Below are positions 57,416-64,000 of a stretch of 64,000 bases of DNA, in pieces; within the stretch, counting starts at the first letter, position 1, and the number at the start of each line of letters is the position of its first letter. Below the pieces are notes generated by a model that was not told where the DNA came from, made no database searches, and saw only the letters and a program-made list of their open reading frames with translations. Where the stretch lies: NCBI GenBank assembly GCA_951406725.2, contig OX597819.1, forward strand, positions 69,812,001 to 69,876,000. Reading direction: 5' to 3'. Source of the stretch: Octopus vulgaris. Taxonomy: Eukaryota. The position numbers were made by a program, and so were the translations under genes.

Positions 57416-58061
57416 CATACATACATACATACATACATACATACATACATACATACATACATACATACATACATACATGCATGCATACATACATATATAC
57501 ATCTTGGCAAGTTGAAATTGTTAGCGCTGCGAGAAATGATATTGCATTGTAAAGATCATTGCCAAACTCCACCCCCACCCCACTTCCAGAGACACCACCC
57601 ACTACCACCACCAACATCACCAATACTATCCACTACTAGGTTCTGATATAGGAAACAAGTTTGAAATCATAAAACAACAATACAATCCCATATAATACAA
57701 TGGTATATAAAATAACATAATATAATGCTATACAATAGAAGAGAGAATAATAAAATACAATACAATGCCGAGCAGCCATGCTACAATATAATGCTACAGA
57801 ACACAACGCTATTCACTGGAATACAATGTGATATGAGATTTATTCTCCGAAATTCAAGACAAACCAACATGAATACAAGATACTAAAAGTAAATAGTTGC
57901 AAAGATTCTACGTTATTATCGAATGGAAAAGCACTGCTAACTGTTGAGAATTAATTAAGGACGAAAAGCGGCCATTTTTCGGGTAAATTTACAAATGAGA
58001 AACGACAATCGTAAATGTATGCACATGGAAGCGAAGTAAAAAAAAATCTTATTAAGATATG

Positions 58062-58137
<76 letters not shown>

Positions 58138-58201
58138 CAACAACAACAATAACAACAATAACAATAACAATAATAACAATAATAACAATAACAATAATAA
58201 C

Positions 58202-58309
<108 letters not shown>

Positions 58310-58334
58310 AAGAAGAAGAAGAAGAAGAAGAATA

Positions 58335-58392
<58 letters not shown>

Positions 58393-58714
58393 TCTGTTTT
58401 CATAGTCACAGAGTCATAGATGAGGACGTTATCACGAAGACAGACAAGAATTTCTGAGAATTATTATAAAAGATGAGGAGAATGAAATGTAAAATACTGT
58501 GAAATGCAATAAAATATACAATGTATGTGATAACATAAATGATGCAGTCCTCCTGAAACTCCAGCTGGGACCAATCAAGGAACCTCACAGATTATCCTGA
58601 CCACCAAAATGGTACGATTCCTCTCTCCTACTCTACATTCTACAGGCGCATACTTAGAGTACGGACATTCACTGTACCTGTTTTTGCCACATTCAACAGC
58701 AATTTCGAGAGACA

Positions 58715-58960
58715 ACTCGATTACATCGATCCCAATGTTCTACTAGAACTTATTTTATCGATCCTGGAACGATGAAAAGCAAAGGAGACGGCGGCTGAAT
58801 TTGAACTCAGAGCGTTAAGTCGGATGAAATAATAACTATTATGAAAAAAGCGCAGAACTGGTAGAGTCCTTAGCATGCTGGACAAAATACTTCGCAGCAT
58901 ATATTTTTCCATTCTGAGTTCGAATTCCTCCAAGATTAACTTCGCCTTTCATCCTTTCTA
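58715..58960. mobile_element. Two head-to-head diverged family-B SINE pieces
   Basis: gaatttgaactcag on the minus copy and ctgagttcgaattcc...gcctttcatcctttc on the plus copy. Confidence 0.65.
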
Positions 58961-59599
58961 GAAACTATTAATATTATTATGAAAAATTTTCCTTCACATT
59001 TGATGTTTTTACTCATTAACTACGGAGCGCCACCCGAACTGCTGAGGTAGGTAACGTATTTTATGATACGAAGTAGCACGAGAACTGGATAAGTTATTTT
59101 TTAGAAAAAAAAAAACACATTTACACATGTGTGCTCAATAGAAATGTCATCAACATCGTTATTATCATGTTGGGCGATTTGTCCAGACCAAAGCAACTCT
59201 TCCACGCCAGATGTTCCGATCGAGCGATGTGGCATGAACGCCTGGCCTGAGTTTTAGTCACATTGGCCTTTCGCTAGCTGAAGTATCTCATCTGCGCATA
59301 GCATGACTACAGATGATTGCAGTAGATCACTAACTAAACCGGTTTATCCTGGCCGTTGACATTTTGTTATCTTTTCATCTACTCAGCAACTAGTGATATT
59401 TGCCATTGATTCAATTCGTGTGTGTGTGTGTGTCTGTCTGTCTGTCTGTGTGTGGGCGTGCAGGTGTGTGCAAACATGTACGGATATATAATAGATAGCT
59501 AAATAGACACAGACATTAGACAAATAGAATAAAAAGTTTGATAGATAAGTAAATAGAGAAGCAGTTCACATCCGACATGCGGCATCCCGTGATGTCAGT

Positions 59600-60430
59600 G
59601 TACCCTGACTCGGGTGGTTAATTGCTGTTTAACCCAGATGTGGGATCCTGACAAGTGCTACTACTCTGAATTTGAATATACCTGGGAACAAATGTGATTA
59701 AGCAGTGGTTCCACGTTTTTCAAAATCCGGAAAATCCCGAATCAGTTTAAAGTCACACCCATGGCATAAAAAATGCCATAAAACTCTGGAATTTAAGTTG
59801 ATAATGCTTTTCGTAAAGTATACGCAGCGTCCATTAAACTTATTTTCCACATTTCTCTTAAGTAAGACTTTCCTGATATCATGACCCAAGAATCTTCCTG
59901 CTCTTTTCTTTGCTACCTCGTGTGCCCCAAGAATAACAGATATCGTTATGGTTTTTTTCATGTTCCACATTTTGGCAATCTCCATGCCTAGGTCTTTGTA
60001 TTTCTGAATTTTATCGAGTTCGTTGATTGTGACATTATTGTCCGTGGGGACAGCCATATTAATTAGGAGACAAGTTTAAGCAATATGATTTTTAATATTG
60101 TGTCTGGGCACTTTGATTATTCTTTCGGAATGGGTTTTAAAATTCCAGAGAATAGTAATAGGACCAATTACAATAACTGGCTGGGGAAAGTGCCCATATC
60201 AATTTTCAGCCATTTCTTTCTCATAATGTTTGTGGATTTCTCAGTGAATATATTGCCCCATTTTAACGTCTTTGTTTTTATACTAGTTAGCAGTCATTAA
60301 AGAACATCCAGAGATAAGGTGGTTGATCACCTCCCACATGGATAAACTTGAAAGGAACACCATCCATACAGGCATAAGATTGTTTGATTACTTTAACATG
60401 GCCTTCTCTTCGAGTCTGTTCCATTCCTGG
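59600..60430 (-). mobile_element. Second, older R4/Dong-like RLE LINE 3' fragment
   Basis: LLINMAVPTDNNVTINELDKIQKYKDLGMEIAKMWNMK..ISVILGA. Confidence 0.75.
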
Positions 60431-60672
60431 TAATCAACACAATGGAAACGAAATTGATTTTCCAAAAAGGAAGGACATTGAAAACTGGAAACGGACAGAC
60501 AAACCTGCAACAATGTCTTTCCGCCCGCGCGCGCGTGTGAATACATAGATACATAATAGATAGATAAAAAGATAGATAATGGATAAATAAATAGCTAGAT
60601 AGATAAGTAAATAGATTGAATCATAGACAGATAGGTGGAGAGATAGATAGACAGACATACAGTCAGACAGAC

Positions 60673-60776
<104 letters not shown>

Positions 60777-61537
60777 TAATGCAATCATTTCAAATAATCG
60801 TATTTCTGTATGGATAGTGTTCCTTTCAAGTCTCCATAGCTTAAAGCTAGAAACAAATATCTATATATTTCATGTGATGTATTTCCATACATGTAACAGC
60901 AACATCTCTCTACGACCGCTGCCTGCATTATCTTTAATTAAATATAATTACATTCTGTATTTTGTAAGAGTTTGGCAACTGTATACAAAAGACAAATTGC
61001 CACAGATTCATTTTCAGTGAAGGATTGCTTGAGATGAACCATAAAATAAGTTTCTTTTATGAAATGATAAGTATTATCAGAGCAATGTATAGGCCACTAC
61101 ACAAAACTGGTTTTTATTACGTCATGAGAACGTGCAAGACGTTTTATTCAACATTGCCATTCAGTTTCTAATGCAGGTAGGCTTTGTAAAACCTTCGGTA
61201 TGTATTGTACCTAGAGAGAGGGAGAGAATCAAAGGAACTTAATTATGTTTCCGGAATACAATCATAAAATATCAACAGTGGATTTAAATACGAACACAAT
61301 GAACAGAATTGTTAGTCCTTTTAAAGCATTCATCTTCTCAACATTTTCTTCTCTGAGAGAAATCTTTCCCAGTTAGTTTCTTTGTTTGGTCAGCTAAGTC
61401 AAAATTACTTACAAATATAAACATTACATATAACGAGTATTATGTATAACAATATATATACATACAACATATTTATATATACACACACACATACATACAT
61501 ATATAGATATATATACATATATATACATATATATATA

Positions 61538-61574
<37 letters not shown>

Positions 61575-61579
61575 GTGTG

Positions 61580-61610
<31 letters not shown>

Positions 61611-61635
61611 TTGTTTGTGTATAATATATATATAT

Positions 61636-62040
61636 TGTGTGGTAAGTAGCTTACTTACCAACCACATGGTAAGGGTTCAGCCCCACTGCATGGCACCTTG
61701 GGCAAGTGTCTTTTACTATAGCCTCGGCCCAACCAAATTCTTGTGAGAGGATTTGGTAGATTGAAACTGAAAGAAACCTGTCGTATATATATATGTATAT
61801 ATATATATGTATATGTGTGTTTGTGTGTCTGTGTTCGTCCCACCACCACCACCACCATCACTTGACAACCGATGCTGGTGTATTTACCTTCCCGTAACTG
61901 AGCAGGTCGGCAAAAGAGACCCATAGAATAAGTACTGGGCTTACGAAGAATAAGTCTTTGGGTCACTTTGTTCAACTAAAAGGCGGTGCACTAGCATGGC
62001 CGCAGTCAAATGACTGAAACAAGTAAAAGAATAAAATAAT
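61636..62040 (+). mobile_element. SINE family A, near full length
   Basis: gtgtggtaagtagctt...ggttcagcccc...ggcaccttgggcaagtgtc...gactgaaacaagtaaaaga. Confidence 0.88.
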
Positions 62041-62516
62041 TGAAGAATATATATATAAGAAATAAATATTAATATATTTATACAAATATACATATGTATA
62101 TATATAATTATATGTATAAACATACATATATATGTACATATATGTATATATAAATGCGGCAACATTCGTCAATTTCTTGAAAATGGGGTCATAACCCCGA
62201 AATATTGAATGCAAAGTAAGTCTACATTAATTCACTTACTTGTTTCCTTGTGATTGACTTTGCATTTACTTCGCATTGTTTTGGCCTTACACACAATCTT
62301 TTATACAATATATGCGGCCATACTGGGTTGCCCTCTTCAAACTGTTTTGTCGAGTAAATAGATGGTAGTCTTTTTTTAAGCCTAATGTTTTATCTGTCAT
62401 TCACTATTATTCAAACCACTTGATAATGAGTATGTAAACAAACCAAAACCGGTTTTCCTGTGGAGCGGGGACGAAAAAATCACACGCATGCATATAAAAT
62501 ACATACATATATGTAA

Positions 62517-62564
<48 letters not shown>

Positions 62565-62587
62565 ATATATATATATATATGTATATG

Positions 62588-62634
<47 letters not shown>

Positions 62635-62637
62635 ATA

Positions 62638-62683
<46 letters not shown>

Positions 62684-63372
62684 ACAGATTTTTACACTGT
62701 TTCTGTCTACCGAATTCACTCATGAAGCAATGGTCAGCGCGGGGCTATACTAAATGTTAATTTCACAAAGTACCACGAAAAGTTATTCAATCTGGGACAA
62801 ATACGTTGCGATGTAATTCTCTTAAACTCACAAGAAACTCCAAATACGACGTCAAATATAAGTTTTAAAGATATTTAAGTGAAAGGAAATCGTAATTCTA
62901 ATTTAAGAGAAATGGTACTCGTATTTGTTTATTTACCAACGAAAAGTCACAGCTACTATGATGGAAATTGAACCTATAACTCGTCAAGGCAATTCTTTTG
63001 GCGTTTCACAGCTTCTGCCCACGCGCCCACCTTGGGTAATGCTAAATGTAATAAACTTCCAGTAACGGTTTCCATGGGAAACCGAAATATTAATGCAGAA
63101 AGTAAAACGCAAACAGGAAAGAGAAAATAAAAACGAACAGGTTTACTTAAAATAGAACAAATATAGGAAACAAAATACAAAAATAGGAAACTAAGCAATT
63201 TAACGCATTCTCCCCAAAAAACAGAAACTTGATAGAAGATGGGTGTGGGTGTGGGTGTGGGTGTAAATATATGTTCGGATGTGCATGTGTGTGTGTATAT
63301 ATATATGTGTGTGTGTATGTATGTATATACATATATATATATATACATGTATATACATACATTTGTATGCAT

Positions 63373-63414
<42 letters not shown>

Positions 63415-63556
63415 GAATGGAGGTAAGTCTATATAGATATAGATTTATGAATATATGCATATACGTGGATGGAAGCGTGTATGTATACTTATATATATAT
63501 ATATATACGCATGTATATATATATATACATACATACATACATACATACATACATGC

Positions 63557-63651
<95 letters not shown>

Positions 63652-63884
63652 TTTCCATGACCTAAATCTATTTTAATGAGTTGTTTCCGACTTTAACAAG
63701 CTGACCTCTGAAGCCTACCTTTGCTTACTTGATAAATAATTACATAGCAACCTGAAAATCTCTTCCGATTATATGTGTGCTTGTGTTGTAGATTCATATG
63801 CGCATGCGTATATTTTAAAAAAATTAGATACCACCATTGCGTAAAGTAAAAAATTACTAACACACACACATGCACACATAAATG

Positions 63885-63934
<50 letters not shown>

Positions 63935-64000
63935 GATATATATGAGCATACGTATATATATGTATATATACATATACACATATGTATATATATATATATA

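Overview
This window is eukaryotic, AT-rich, non-coding-type DNA packed with microsatellites ((TA)n, (CA)n, (GATA)n, (ATT)n, (GA)n). The tRNA-derived SINE families and microsatellite density suggest a cephalopod (Octopus-like) genome; this is an inference. I cannot confidently call any host protein-coding gene, and most listed ORFs are translated microsatellites. The content is mostly mobile elements: an L1/Tx1-type LINE at 1-4303, a Penelope-like element (PLE) with RT and GIY-YIG at 9384-11690, a scrambled PLE fragment, R4/Dong-type and RTE LINE fragments, Tc1, mariner and pogo/Tigger relics, a non-autonomous Helitron, a MITE and many SINEs. The most interesting signal is a set of small non-coding repeats carrying type I hammerhead ribozyme (HHR) motifs. 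The best is a 497-bp partial-tandem unit with an intact-looking HHR in each copy (8355-9234), directly beside the Penelope element. There is also a second 443-bp unit (44563-45070), a tRNA-headed HHR element (15932-16232) and a fold-back-truncated HHR (about 29106-29156). Together they look like a PLE-mobilised retrozyme system. Several local inverted duplications, one spanning about 4.5 kb, and a microsatellite-mediated templated insertion are also visible.
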